From Ignavibacteria bacterium (GTDB lineage: Bacteria; Bacteroidota; Ignavibacteria; Kapaibacteriales; UBA2268), in assembly GCA_016844745.1 (NCBI GenBank), contig JAERMQ010000001.1, positions 29,475 to 93,474 on the forward strand: DNA of 64,000 nucleotides, given 5' to 3'. A program made the translations under genes and the position numbers. The notes below the pieces were generated by a model. That model searched no databases, had not been told where the DNA came from, and saw only the letters and a list, made by a program, of their open reading frames with translations. Positions 10,749 through 19,929 of this stretch are shown one piece after another (position 1 is the first letter of the stretch; each line of letters begins with the position of its first letter).

Positions 10749-10830
10749 TAAGAGAAACCCCCTAACCCCCTTTGAAAAAGGGGGAATAATTATTCCCCCT
10801 TTTTCAAAGGGAGTTAGGGGGTTTCTCTTA
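10749..10830. repeat. 82-bp near-perfect palindrome, CCCCCTAACCCCCTT family
   Basis: TAAGAGAAACCCCCTAACCCCCTTTGAAAAAGGGGGAAT...ATTCCCCCTTTTTCAAAGGGAGTTAGGGGGTTTCTCTTA sits between convergent genes. Relatives occur at 47219, 51012 and 63277. Confidence 0.9.
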
Positions 10831-10884
10831 AATGTCATAACTTATCGTAAATAATAACCTGATTTAATAAATCTATAAAAATTC

Positions 10885-11271
10885 TTACATCGCATCTTTG
10901 AAGTACGTTAGCTTCGGAGGTTTTTCAGTATAGTCAATTATTACAGCATCGAAACGGCAATCGGTATTTGTAATTTTATTTATATAAAGATAAGCTTCGG
11001 CAATTTTCCTTATTTGTTTTTGTTTGCCTTGATTAATAAAATAAACCGGGTCGCCATATTCCTTTGTTCGGGCTGATTTTACCTCAACGAAAACCAATAT
11101 ATCTTTATCTTTGGCAATTATATCGATTTCGCCTAATTGTCCGAATCGGAAATTCCGCTTCACTATATCGAAATTCAATTTCTCAATATAAGCAACCGCC
11201 ATATCCTCGGCGCTCATTCCTTTTTTATGTGTTGATATTTTTGTAGGATTATTTTGCCCTTGCACTTCCAT
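10885..11271 (-). CDS. yraN: YraN family (UPF0102) putative endonuclease
   Basis: Motifs G...E..A..Y, RNFR...GEIDIIAKD...LVFVEVK and CRFDAV are present. Confidence 0.9.
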   Translation of the reverse strand: MEVQGQNNPTKISTHKKGMSAEDMAVAYIEKLNFDIVKRNFRFGQLGEIDIIAKDKDILVFVEVKSARTKEYGDPVYFINQGKQKQIRKIAEAYLYINKITNTDCRFDAVIIDYTEKPPKLTYFKDAM

Positions 11272-11435
11272 ATATCCCTCAATTTATAGTTTTACGAACT
11301 TTATTCACAACATTTGATTAACCAATTCTCACTCCATACATATCCACTATTTCTATTTGACGCTCCAATCCCGAATTTATTAAAAGGGAAAATTCGGTAA
11401 ATTTGTAATGTTTATAATTTACATTTTGAGAACAA

Positions 11436-12305
11436 ATGACAACTAAAGGGATTATACTTGCCGGTGGCAGTGGTACAAGGCTCTATCCGACTACTGCCGT
11501 TTTTTCGAAACAGCTTCAACCGGTTTACGATAAGCCGATGATATATTATCCGCTCTCGACCCTTATGCTGGGCGGTATTCGCGATATACTTATAATTTCT
11601 ACACCGGAGGACACTCCTAATTTCAGCAAACTATTAGGCGACGGTTCTCACTGGGGAATAAATTTGCAATACATCGTTCAACATGCTCCCAAAGGTATAG
11701 CTGAGGCTTTCATCTATGGCGCAGAATTTATCGATGGCGCTCAGGTATGTTTGATTCTTGGTGATAACCTTTTCTATGGCAAGCTCGATTTCTTCAGGAA
11801 TGCTCTACAAAACAACGACGGCGGTACGGTTTTCGGATATCGCGTAACGAATCCGGAAAGCTACGGCGTTGTGGAATTCAGTTCCGAAGGCAAAGTGCTT
11901 TCAATCGATGAGAAGCCCTCAAAACCGAAATCGAATTATGCAATACCCGGATTATATATTTTCGATTCGAATGTAGTAGATATATCAAAGAACATTAAGC
12001 CCAGCCAGCGCGGAGAATTAGAAATAACAGAAGTACAGAAAGCTTATTTAGCACAAGGCAAACTACGGGTAGAACTCATGGGTCGCGGGCTTGCCTGGCT
12101 CGATACCGGAACGCCGGAAAATTTATTGGAAGCTGCAGAATTCATCGCTGCAATAGAGAAGCGCCAGGGACGCAAGATTGCCTGTCTGGAGGAAGTGGCT
12201 CTGGGTATGAATTTTATTTCAAAGGACGATTATTTGAAGTCGGTGAATGCGCTGCCGAACTGTTCTTACAGAGACTATTGTCTTAGGATTATAGATGATT
12301 TTTAA
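11436..12305 (+). CDS. rfbA: Glucose-1-phosphate thymidylyltransferase
   Basis: Motifs KGIILAGGSGTRLYP, SKQLQPVYDKPMIYYPLSTLML, LILGDN, RGELEIT and AWLDTGT are present. Confidence 0.96.
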   Translation: MTTKGIILAGGSGTRLYPTTAVFSKQLQPVYDKPMIYYPLSTLMLGGIRDILIISTPEDTPNFSKLLGDGSHWGINLQYIVQHAPKGIAEAFIYGAEFIDGAQVCLILGDNLFYGKLDFFRNALQNNDGGTVFGYRVTNPESYGVVEFSSEGKVLSIDEKPSKPKSNYAIPGLYIFDSNVVDISKNIKPSQRGELEITEVQKAYLAQGKLRVELMGRGLAWLDTGTPENLLEAAEFIAAIEKRQGRKIACLEEVALGMNFISKDDYLKSVNALPNCSYRDYCLRIIDDF

Positions 12306-12350
12306 GTTATGGTTTTTCTTACAGATGCTGTCTCATATACAAAGTAGAAT

Positions 12351-12420
12351 GTCATTCTGAATGGAGTGAAGAATCCAGAAACAGCATTGGGACTGGATTC
12401 TTTACTTCGCTCAGAATGAC
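12351..12420. repeat. REP-like doublet (GTCATTCTGA...GAATCC / GGATTC...TCAGAATGAC)
   Basis: Two inverted arms flank a short spacer. The same arm family occurs at 20902-20930, 62123-62319 and 63221-63466. Confidence 0.8.
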
Positions 12421-12497
12421 AATTTTTAGAACCCCCCTTCAGTTAATATTCTATTTGAAAAGTGCTATGTTATAATTGCAAATTATATAGCTGGAAA

Positions 12498-12530
12498 AGA
12501 TGTCCAACATCTGCCAGATGTTGGACATCT
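12498..12530. repeat. 33-bp palindrome AGATGTCCAACATCT-GCC-AGATGTTGGACATCT
   Basis: Identical copies are at 19822-19854 and 20957-20989, with variants at 50949-50981 and 15287-15319. Confidence 0.9.
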
Positions 12531-12538
12531 AATTTTTC

Positions 12539-14110
12539 CTACTCAATCATTACCGACCTTGCATGGCTCTCCTGCAAATAATGCGAACCAAGACTCTTCG
12601 GTGCCTCCAATGTTGCCGAGGTTACGGCTAATGCAGTCTGGACGCCATTGCGCAATTCCACTACTGAGCGCGTCATTTTCGCCTTCTGATAGAATTGCTC
12701 GATTTCCGATTGTAGATGCCTCAGTATCGTACGTGCCCTCAACAGACGCTGCCTTGTGCGTACAAGCCCGACATAATTCCACATTGTATTTTTTATAGTC
12801 AGCCAATCCTGTGCTATTAATGCCGGGTCGACGAAATCATCCTCTTCCTTCCATGGATATATATGCGGGAAATAATCGTCACCCTTCGAGCCGCGAACCG
12901 CATCTTCTGCCGCCTTCACAGCCCATACCACACTTTCAAGAAGAGATGTTGATGCCAGCCGGTTAGCGCCATGAACACCTGTGCATGCAACCTCGCCGAT
13001 AGCATATAAGCGCTTGAGGGATGTCCTGCCGCGAAGGCTAACTCCGACTCCGCCGCAGGAGTAATGCGCTGCCGGAACTACGGGAATCGGTTCCTTCGTT
13101 ATATCAACGCCAAAAGTTATACATTTGTTATAAATCGTTGGGAATCTACCTTTTATCCATTCGGCATCTTTGAATGAAATATCAAGGTAAACGCAAGGGT
13201 GTCCGGAGTCCAACATCCGCTGGGATATTCCGCGTGCAACAATATCGCGAGGCGCAAGCGAGCCTGAATCATGAAATGCCGTCATAAATTCGGTGCCGTT
13301 TTTGTCAATTAGGATGCCGCCTTCGCCGCGAACCGATTCCGATATAAGGAAGCGCTCACGCTCGCCGAAAAACGATGTTGGATGGAACTGGATAAACTGC
13401 AAATTAAAGCAACGAGCGCCTGCCCGCCATGCCAAGCCGATGCCATCGCCGGTGGATTCTTCGGGATTTGTGGAATGAAGATATATTTGCCCCAAGCCTC
13501 CGGTAGCAAGGATTGTGTGCGATGCGTAAATCGGATAGACTTTGCCGCTTTGCCCATCCAGAACAATAGCGCCGAAGCATGCAGGTTTTTCGTAAATATC
13601 CAATGAATTGCTCGAATGGTGCGACAGCGTCATTAAATCGACGGCAGTATGCTCGAGCAGAATCGTGATGTTCTTATGAGCCTTCAATTGATTGATGAGG
13701 GCAGATTGAATCGTCACTCCGGTATTATCTTTGGAATGGATGATTCTCGCCTGCGAGTGGGCGCCTTCCGAAGTCAGGTCGAGCGAATTGTCGCCGTTGC
13801 GGTCGAAGTTGACTTTGAAGCGCTCGATTAATAATTTCTCGACTAAGGGAGGACCTTCGGTACAGAGGAAATCAACTGCCGGCTCCCATGAATGACCTGC
13901 TCCGGCATCGAGAATATCCTGCTTTAATTTCTGCGGAGAATCAGTTAGACCTTTGTATATAATTCCACCTTGGGCGTAGGCTGTGTTGCCGCTTAAAATT
14001 TCCGGAGTTTTTGTTAAAATTGTAACGCTCTTACCCATGTCGGCGGCGGTGATAGCCGCGACAGCGCCGGCGATTCCGGTACCTATGATTAATATATCTG
14101 TCTGATGCAT
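12539..14110 (-). CDS. nadB: L-aspartate oxidase
   Basis: Motifs IIGTGIAG, YAQGGI, EGAHSQARIIH, QFHPT, LISESVRGEGG, LAPRDIVAR, PAAHYSCGG and GVHGANRLASTSLLE are present. Confidence 0.95.
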   Translation of the reverse strand: MHQTDILIIGTGIAGAVAAITAADMGKSVTILTKTPEILSGNTAYAQGGIIYKGLTDSPQKLKQDILDAGAGHSWEPAVDFLCTEGPPLVEKLLIERFKVNFDRNGDNSLDLTSEGAHSQARIIHSKDNTGVTIQSALINQLKAHKNITILLEHTAVDLMTLSHHSSNSLDIYEKPACFGAIVLDGQSGKVYPIYASHTILATGGLGQIYLHSTNPEESTGDGIGLAWRAGARCFNLQFIQFHPTSFFGERERFLISESVRGEGGILIDKNGTEFMTAFHDSGSLAPRDIVARGISQRMLDSGHPCVYLDISFKDAEWIKGRFPTIYNKCITFGVDITKEPIPVVPAAHYSCGGVGVSLRGRTSLKRLYAIGEVACTGVHGANRLASTSLLESVVWAVKAAEDAVRGSKGDDYFPHIYPWKEEDDFVDPALIAQDWLTIKNTMWNYVGLVRTRQRLLRARTILRHLQSEIEQFYQKAKMTRSVVELRNGVQTALAVTSATLEAPKSLGSHYLQESHARSVMIE

Positions 14111-14180
14111 TTCTCTATTTCAATTCCAATTGCGTACAAAGAATTGTAAACGGTTTCGAAGTAATGATATTTTAAATTTT

Positions 14181-14482
14181 AATGGTCAATGGTTAATGGT
14201 CAATGGTCAATTATAAATTATGAATAATGAATTGTAATGTTCCCATTTACCTAACATTCACCCATTTCCCCCGTTTTTCTACACCTTTATACGATTTTCT
14301 ATGATTTTCTACGTTTTTTTTATTTTCAAATTGTTACATTTTCAAATTGTTACATTTTCAAATTAATTACGTTTTCTACGCCTTTCTACGATTTTCTACG
14401 CTTTTTGCATTTTTAAATTAGACGAACAGACAAGAATGTCTATTCTCCTTTTCCTAATTAACCATTTACCATTTACCATTGA
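14181..14482. repeat. Cluster of short degenerate tandem repeats (7-, 10- and 16-mers)
   Basis: AATGGTY/AATTAT heptamers lie at 14181-14238, TTTTCTACG-like units at 14275-14400, TTTTCAAATTGTTACA x2.6 at 14323-14365 and ACCATTT x3 at 14461-14481. Confidence 0.65.
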
Positions 14483-14483
14483 T

Positions 14484-15188
14484 TTACTCATTTTCCATTT
14501 TTTCAATTTCCGATTTCCAATTATCCGGTAATTTCTCAGGATTATTGCGCACTTGGCTAATAAGCAAGGGTAGTCTCTTTACTTCATTTTCATTCATAAG
14601 GTTTTGATATGCAAAATCCGATTCTGTTTCAATCTGCTTTATATCTTCCCTGAGTTCCAGAAGACAATTGATATTTATATCTCTTTTGGATTTTGCGTTG
14701 GATAAACTCCCGGATATTGGCATATCGATATATTTGATTATTTTGTCGATAGTTCTATTAATTTTATCAAGAAATTTCAGTTTGGCTGCGGTATCGGGAT
14801 TATTATAGAAAGCCCAGTAATCGCGGTAAATATTTGAAACCTCAGTAAGGGCGCGGCTGGCATACAAAGTTAAATCCATCTTGATTTTATCGGTTTCTTC
14901 ACGTCGTTTTTCAAGTTCAAGCAGGTAATCATTTTTCCTCAATTCTGCATGAAGGCGGTCGTGGAGGGCAACTCTTTCCTGCCAATTCCAGCGTTTTGCG
15001 TAATTGTAAACGGTTTGTTTGGTCAGGTTAAAAAAATCCGCTGCTTTCTTGTATGAGCGTGTCATTCCCAAAGACAGGTAGAATTCAAAAACACTATAGG
15101 TATTAAGCGGTTCGCCATCCTGCAAATCCCATAGCATTTTCTTTGTGTCGGTGCTACTGCTAATTTCTTCATTCATAATTTTCTTCAA
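14484..15188 (-). CDS. Hypothetical protein with N-terminal HTH resembling phage terminase small-subunit N-termini
   Basis: FEFYLSLGMTRSYKKAA...TVYNYAKRWNWQERVALHD is followed by a coiled-coil. The start codon is uncertain. Confidence 0.55.
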   Translation of the reverse strand: MKKIMNEEISSSTDTKKMLWDLQDGEPLNTYSVFEFYLSLGMTRSYKKAADFFNLTKQTVYNYAKRWNWQERVALHDRLHAELRKNDYLLELEKRREETDKIKMDLTLYASRALTEVSNIYRDYWAFYNNPDTAAKLKFLDKINRTIDKIIKYIDMPISGSLSNAKSKRDININCLLELREDIKQIETESDFAYQNLMNENEVKRLPLLISQVRNNPEKLPDNWKSEIEKMENE

Positions 15189-15286
15189 TTTTAATAATAC
15201 AAACGAAGCAAATTAATCAGGAGGAAATTAATCCTATAAAAATGAAATTAAAAAGGTTTGGAAACGATTTTTAAGAAATGATAGTC

Positions 15287-15460
15287 AGAAATCCAATGTT
15301 TGCCAAACATTGGATTTCTATTTTTAAATCATAATAATAACACAAATCATCAAAATCATAGTTCGGACAATTATTCCTACAGTCAGAATGAACTTCTGAC
15401 TAAAGGGTATAGTTACCGAAAGTAGGCAACCTTTCGGAAAGTTTCCTTACTTTCAGAAAG
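15287..15460. repeat. Mosaic of short palindromes
   Basis: It contains AGAAATCCAATGTTT-GCC-AAACATTGGATTTCT (15287-15319), AGTCAGAATGAACTTCTGACT (15381-15401, related to 49751-49771) and AACCTTTC.GAAAG...CTTTC.GAAAGGTT. Confidence 0.7.
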
Positions 15461-15467
15461 GTTTGTG

Positions 15468-16964
15468 TTATCTTGCAATTACTATTTTTTCAGTTATTGT
15501 ACCGTTAATATTACGAAAGACACATAAATAAACACCGCACTGCCATTCCGAAACATCTATATTCAAAGGATTGTCGCCTTCGATTTTGCTTTCATAAACT
15601 TTCTCGCCGAGCAGGTCGTAAATTGCTACGGTGCCGCCCTGCAAGCCGAGATGGATTGTTATAATGACAGAAGCTGGATTTGGGAAAATTAATAATGTCT
15701 TGTTGTAATCAACCTGCTCTTCAACAGACGTAATTATTGAATTTAATTTAGCATAATAAAATTGATAATAACCCTTATTATCCCATCTATTTGCCATAAC
15801 AAAATAATTCTTATCATTACTTAAAGCTAATTTTTTTAAAGAATGTGTACGCCCTCCTAAATCCCAAAATTTTGAATTAATAATTTCTCCTTTGATATTC
15901 GTTTTTAAAAGATAAAAAATTGTTGAACTTTTTGTTTTTAAGTCATTACTATCACCAACAATGGCAAATCCACCATCGCTATCCTCAATAAAATCATTAA
16001 TATAGAAATTTCCTTTCGAATAATTATAAGTATTTGATATTAATTTTCCTTTCATATCAAATCTTCTAATATTTAAACCATACTTTTGGGAATCTGCCAC
16101 AGATATGGGTATTGTTTTGGATATTACAGCAAAGTCATTATTTTTTAATAATATTGTTTTATAATCTTCGTAATAAATTAACGGGTCATCATCGAATGGG
16201 ATAATTTCCCATTCCTTTTTAAAGTCTTTATCCAATTTAAGATAATAACCGCCAAATCGTTTTCCCGAATAGGTAAAACAGGCAATTCTCAATAAATAAC
16301 CATCATCATTGGTTCTTATAGCAAATGGGATATAAAAAGTTTTATCCTTTCCGGGTTCAAAAGAATATGAAACCGAATCAAACATAATCTGTTGCTGGAA
16401 GTTGCATAAAGAATCCCATTTATTTATATAAAAATAATTATTTTTATTTCTATATAAAAAAGTAAAATTAATAATATTTTTATCATTATTTTCTACAAAA
16501 GAACCTTGATACCAAAAGGTTTTAAATCTTTCAACTGGTGAAGCACTATCGACATAATCTTCTATAAATTCACCTTTTTTATTTAATTTTATCACTAACG
16601 GACGAAAATCAATATTATCATCAACCCCAAAAATTCTCACCCAAATGCAATGATAAATAATTTCACCATTTTCATTAACTTGAATATAATTTGGAATTAC
16701 TTTTTTATCATAAGATTTATAGAATAGCCAATTAACATTCCCATCTTTATCCGTTTTCATTAAAGCGGGGATTTCATGGTCAACAATACTATCCACAAAA
16801 CTGAAAATCCAGAATATAGAACCATCATCTTTTTCCTTAATACCTATCATATGATAAATATTCTTCATTTTATCTGGTATATTAATTTCTTTCCACCAGA
16901 TATTTTCAGCATTTAAATTGATGGATACTAATAACAGTGCAATTGTGATATAAAAGTATTTCAT
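15468..16964 (-). CDS. T9SS type A cargo protein, probable beta-propeller plus CTD
   Basis: The signal peptide MKYFYITIALLLVSINLNA makes 16964 the likely start rather than 17036. It has K.D..G...W repeats and a CTD (IFPNPAS...IYDLLGEKV...GVYLC...EKIVIAR). Confidence 0.8.
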   Translation of the reverse strand: MKYFYITIALLLVSINLNAENIWWKEINIPDKMKNIYHMIGIKEKDDGSIFWIFSFVDSIVDHEIPALMKTDKDGNVNWLFYKSYDKKVIPNYIQVNENGEIIYHCIWVRIFGVDDNIDFRPLVIKLNKKGEFIEDYVDSASPVERFKTFWYQGSFVENNDKNIINFTFLYRNKNNYFYINKWDSLCNFQQQIMFDSVSYSFEPGKDKTFYIPFAIRTNDDGYLLRIACFTYSGKRFGGYYLKLDKDFKKEWEIIPFDDDPLIYYEDYKTILLKNNDFAVISKTIPISVADSQKYGLNIRRFDMKGKLISNTYNYSKGNFYINDFIEDSDGGFAIVGDSNDLKTKSSTIFYLLKTNIKGEIINSKFWDLGGRTHSLKKLALSNDKNYFVMANRWDNKGYYQFYYAKLNSIITSVEEQVDYNKTLLIFPNPASVIITIHLGLQGGTVAIYDLLGEKVYESKIEGDNPLNIDVSEWQCGVYLCVFRNINGTITEKIVIAR

Positions 16965-16989
16965 AATTTTGATTTTTAAATTAGATATA

Positions 16990-17021
16990 AACGGGAGGAA
17001 AAAAATATTTTTCCTCCCGTT
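16990..17021 (-). promoter_or_regulatory. Intergenic stem-loop
   Basis: AACGGGAGGAAAAA...TTTTTCCTCCCGTT lies between the 17029 stop and the 16964 start. Confidence 0.6.
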
Positions 17022-17028
17022 ATTTAAA

Positions 17029-17484
17029 TTATTCAAATTTTAAGAACTTAAAATCCTTTTTATTATTATCAATTATGAACGAAGCAATAAAGATGCCGAT
17101 GTTAAGATTATCGATATTTAATGAATAGAGATTCATACCTTTATTTATTTCGATATATCTTTGTTCATTTACTTTCCCCGATAAATCAAAAATTCTTAAT
17201 TGAATCTTTTGATTAATTTTGGAATATAAATTGAAATTTAAAAGATTTCCAATTCCATAAATCCATTCTATTTTCAAACTCTCCAATGAGTTATTTTCAG
17301 AATTAACGGAATAGGTTTTTTGTGAGTTTGGAGTGATTACCTTAATTATAGTTGATTTAACAAAAATTCTTTTTTCGGAATTAATATTAAATTTTTTATT
17401 ATTGTTCTTACCCAATGAATGGGCTTCATTAACAAAAATATTAATGAAAATGAAAATAATAATAAAAATAGTTGTTTTTTTCAT
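17029..17484 (-). CDS. Small secreted protein consisting mostly of a T9SS-type CTD
   Basis: A GGAGG SD precedes the ATG at 17484 and the signal peptide is MKKTTIFIIIFIFINIFVNEAHS. The C-terminus reads IFDLSGKV...IDNLNIGIFIA...FKFLKFE. Confidence 0.7.
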   Translation of the reverse strand: MKKTTIFIIIFIFINIFVNEAHSLGKNNNKKFNINSEKRIFVKSTIIKVITPNSQKTYSVNSENNSLESLKIEWIYGIGNLLNFNLYSKINQKIQLRIFDLSGKVNEQRYIEINKGMNLYSLNIDNLNIGIFIASFIIDNNKKDFKFLKFE

Positions 17485-17495
17485 TGTATCCTCCA

Positions 17496-18293
17496 TTAAT
17501 CATTTAAATGAAGTTCCTGGCAATTAGATTTGCAGGATAAATAAGTGACCTCAACACCAGCCGGACATTCAATATAAGGTGTTTGGATTGAATGACAACT
17601 TGGTGCAGATTGTCCATCATAAGTTTTAACCATCATAATTGTTGGAGGATTAGTATTTGGATTAGTTACACAATAACGTATGGTAATTTTACAACATTCG
17701 GCTTCAGTACATGCTTTTGGTACTAAAAGAATGTCATCATCCAAACCAACAGGCTGATAAACCCTACACCATGCTTGGCATAAACCATCTTCAAAAAAAT
17801 ATTTGGTACGCCAATGAAGTGCATTAGGATCACTTCCTGAAGGTCCTCCTGGGCATAGATATGAATTTTTTTCTTCTTGAGTTGTTAAATGTTCCCACAT
17901 ATAAAGAAAAAGATTAAGTGTGAGTGCATTTTGAACTAGCTGTTTTAAGTAATTGGCATTATGAGCTGCTAATGCATCATCATTCACATTAAGATAATCT
18001 CTCAATCCATTGCATTCAGGATTAGAAGGGACATGTATTTTTTTAATAAACAATTGAACTTGATGATTTGGAGGTGGGCTTACTTGTCGCCAACAAAAGT
18101 CAATTGTCACCGGACATAACATGTTCCAATCTGGCAAACGAATTGTTTCCGTTGCTTCTGTCCATGCTCCTGAACCTCCTGCATCATAACAATCCTCAAC
18201 ATTGGGATCAATGTCACATTGAGCTTTTAACTCCGAGTTATTTAGCAGTGTGAATATTGCCAATAAGAATAATAAAATGAATTTAGTTTTCAT
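17496..18293 (-). CDS. Secreted cysteine-rich protein (16 Cys), no CTD
   Basis: The signal peptide is MKTKFILLFLLAIFTLLNNSELKAQ. I counted 16 Cys in the mature region, including a C...CC...YC cluster. Confidence 0.8.
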   Translation of the reverse strand: MKTKFILLFLLAIFTLLNNSELKAQCDIDPNVEDCYDAGGSGAWTEATETIRLPDWNMLCPVTIDFCWRQVSPPPNHQVQLFIKKIHVPSNPECNGLRDYLNVNDDALAAHNANYLKQLVQNALTLNLFLYMWEHLTTQEEKNSYLCPGGPSGSDPNALHWRTKYFFEDGLCQAWCRVYQPVGLDDDILLVPKACTEAECCKITIRYCVTNPNTNPPTIMMVKTYDGQSAPSCHSIQTPYIECPAGVEVTYLSCKSNCQELHLND

Positions 18294-18661
18294 TTCTTTT
18301 CCTTTAGTAAATTATTAGTAATTTAGTAATCTTAATGGGCGGTGTCCAATGCAAACCCTTGCGAAAGATTCTGCATACATGACGATGCCCATTTTAGCCA
18401 ATTGTGGAGTCGGTGGGGCAACCTTCCGGCTCTGCTATTTTTATATGCCCCGGCTAATAGGGTTTGAGCATTTTTCTTCTCCGGTATTATTTGAGAATCA
18501 ATTTATTATCAGCACGGCTTTTTGACCGGCTCTATCAATTTTTTTATGTCAATGAAAACAATTTTGCGCATGCCTTATAATGTATAAACAATTGAAAATT
18601 GACATTTTTGCAATATTTTCATATATTAATTTAAATTAATTTATTCTTCATTTTACAAAAT

Positions 18662-19234
18662 TCACTTTCCCGGCAGGTTCAGCAATCTTCTGCATAGAGC
18701 CAGAGCCGCCTTATGCCCTCTATATACTTTATCCTTGCTGCAATTAAACTTTACTGAAATTTCATTAATTGTCAAGCCTTTATAATAATGAAGATTGAGT
18801 ATTTCCTTCAAACGGTTGGGAAGCTGTTCCAATATTTGCATTAATTCATCGGTATCGGAAATTTTATTTTCAATTGTATAGGCGAAACCTTGAGAATTAA
18901 TAAGAGTTGCTTGTTCATCATCCGTGATAGAATCTAACGAAACGAATTTTTTATTTATCCTGTATAAATTTAAAAGCTTCCATTCAGCTCTTTTTTGGAT
19001 GATGCTGAACATTTTATTTGATATTTTGTAATAAATTGAGTTCGGAATAATATTTGCCTGGGAATTTACTTCAGGGTACGTTTCAGGTATTTCCTTAAAG
19101 ATAAACTCATTGTACGCTTCGAATACGCAATCGGCTATTTCCTCGTTTTGGAAATTTTGATATTTTCTTTTCAACACTAAAATTATTTTTTTAATAACCG
19201 CAGTATAGGACTCATTATTTAAGGTTGTTCCCAT
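18662..19234 (-). CDS. ECF-like sigma-70 family factor
   Basis: Region 4 reads LEQLPNRLKEILNLHYYKGLTINEISVKFNCSKDKVYR. The region-2-like segment EEIADCVFEAY is divergent. Confidence 0.75.
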   Translation of the reverse strand: MGTTLNNESYTAVIKKIILVLKRKYQNFQNEEIADCVFEAYNEFIFKEIPETYPEVNSQANIIPNSIYYKISNKMFSIIQKRAEWKLLNLYRINKKFVSLDSITDDEQATLINSQGFAYTIENKISDTDELMQILEQLPNRLKEILNLHYYKGLTINEISVKFNCSKDKVYRGHKAALALCRRLLNLPGK

Positions 19235-19287
19235 TTTAAAATTTCTACTCTAACTTTAGTTTCTTTTTAAAATTTATTTCAATACCC

Positions 19288-19350
19288 TTTGAGAAAATTT
19301 GAGAAAATTTGAGAAAATTTGAGAAAATTTGAGAAAATTTGAGAAAAATT
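19288..19350. repeat. Decamer tandem repeat (GAGAAAATTT) x5 plus a degenerate copy
   Basis: Five exact copies lie at 19291-19340, about 55 bp upstream of the sigma start. Confidence 0.95.
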
Positions 19351-19419
19351 TCTGAAAATCATTTCACAAAAAGCAACTTAATCGGAAAAATAATAAAATC
19401 CAAATTTATTTTTTATTAA

Positions 19420-19854
19420 GAAAAGCTATACTATAACTGTAAGTTATAGTATAGCTGAAAAACCGCTCCAGCAGGGGATTACTGCATTCGCAGGAATGAC
19501 AACCATTACTAATAAGGGATTCCTGCATCCGCAGGAATGACAAAGCAATCTCCCTTCCAAAATAATCCCGTAAGGATGTTATATGTATAGAATGAAACCC
19601 CAAATTACCAACAGGAATCCCGTAGGGATGGAATAATATGTCATCCCTACGGGATTTATATGGTTTCCGGGGTTGGGATTTTCTATAAATATGTCATCCC
19701 TACGGGATTGATTTGATTTGAATTTGAAGAAAGCTATGCTATAACTGCAAGTTATAGTATAGCTGGAAAGCCGCTCCAGCAAGGGATTCCTGCATCCGCA
19801 GGAATGACAGAAAAAGAGAAAAGATGTCCAACATCTGCCAGATGTTGGACATCT
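19420..19854. repeat. Composite palindromic mosaic, copy 1
   Basis: It combines AGCTATRCTATAACTGYAAGTTATAGTATAGCT, GGATTCCTGCATCCGCAGGAATGAC, TGTCATCCCTACGGGATT and the 33-bp GCC-loop palindrome. Confidence 0.85.
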
Positions 19855-19929
19855 AAATCTTTAGGCAGAGTCTCAGGAATTTAGATTAGTTTATTCTCAG
19901 AAATGATACTTTTGCAATCAAACATGCTG

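Noticed and set aside
18345-18385. GCAAACC...GAAAG resemblance to a c-di-GMP-I riboswitch
   Set aside because: It is on the wrong strand for the downstream gene and lacks the second stem consensus.
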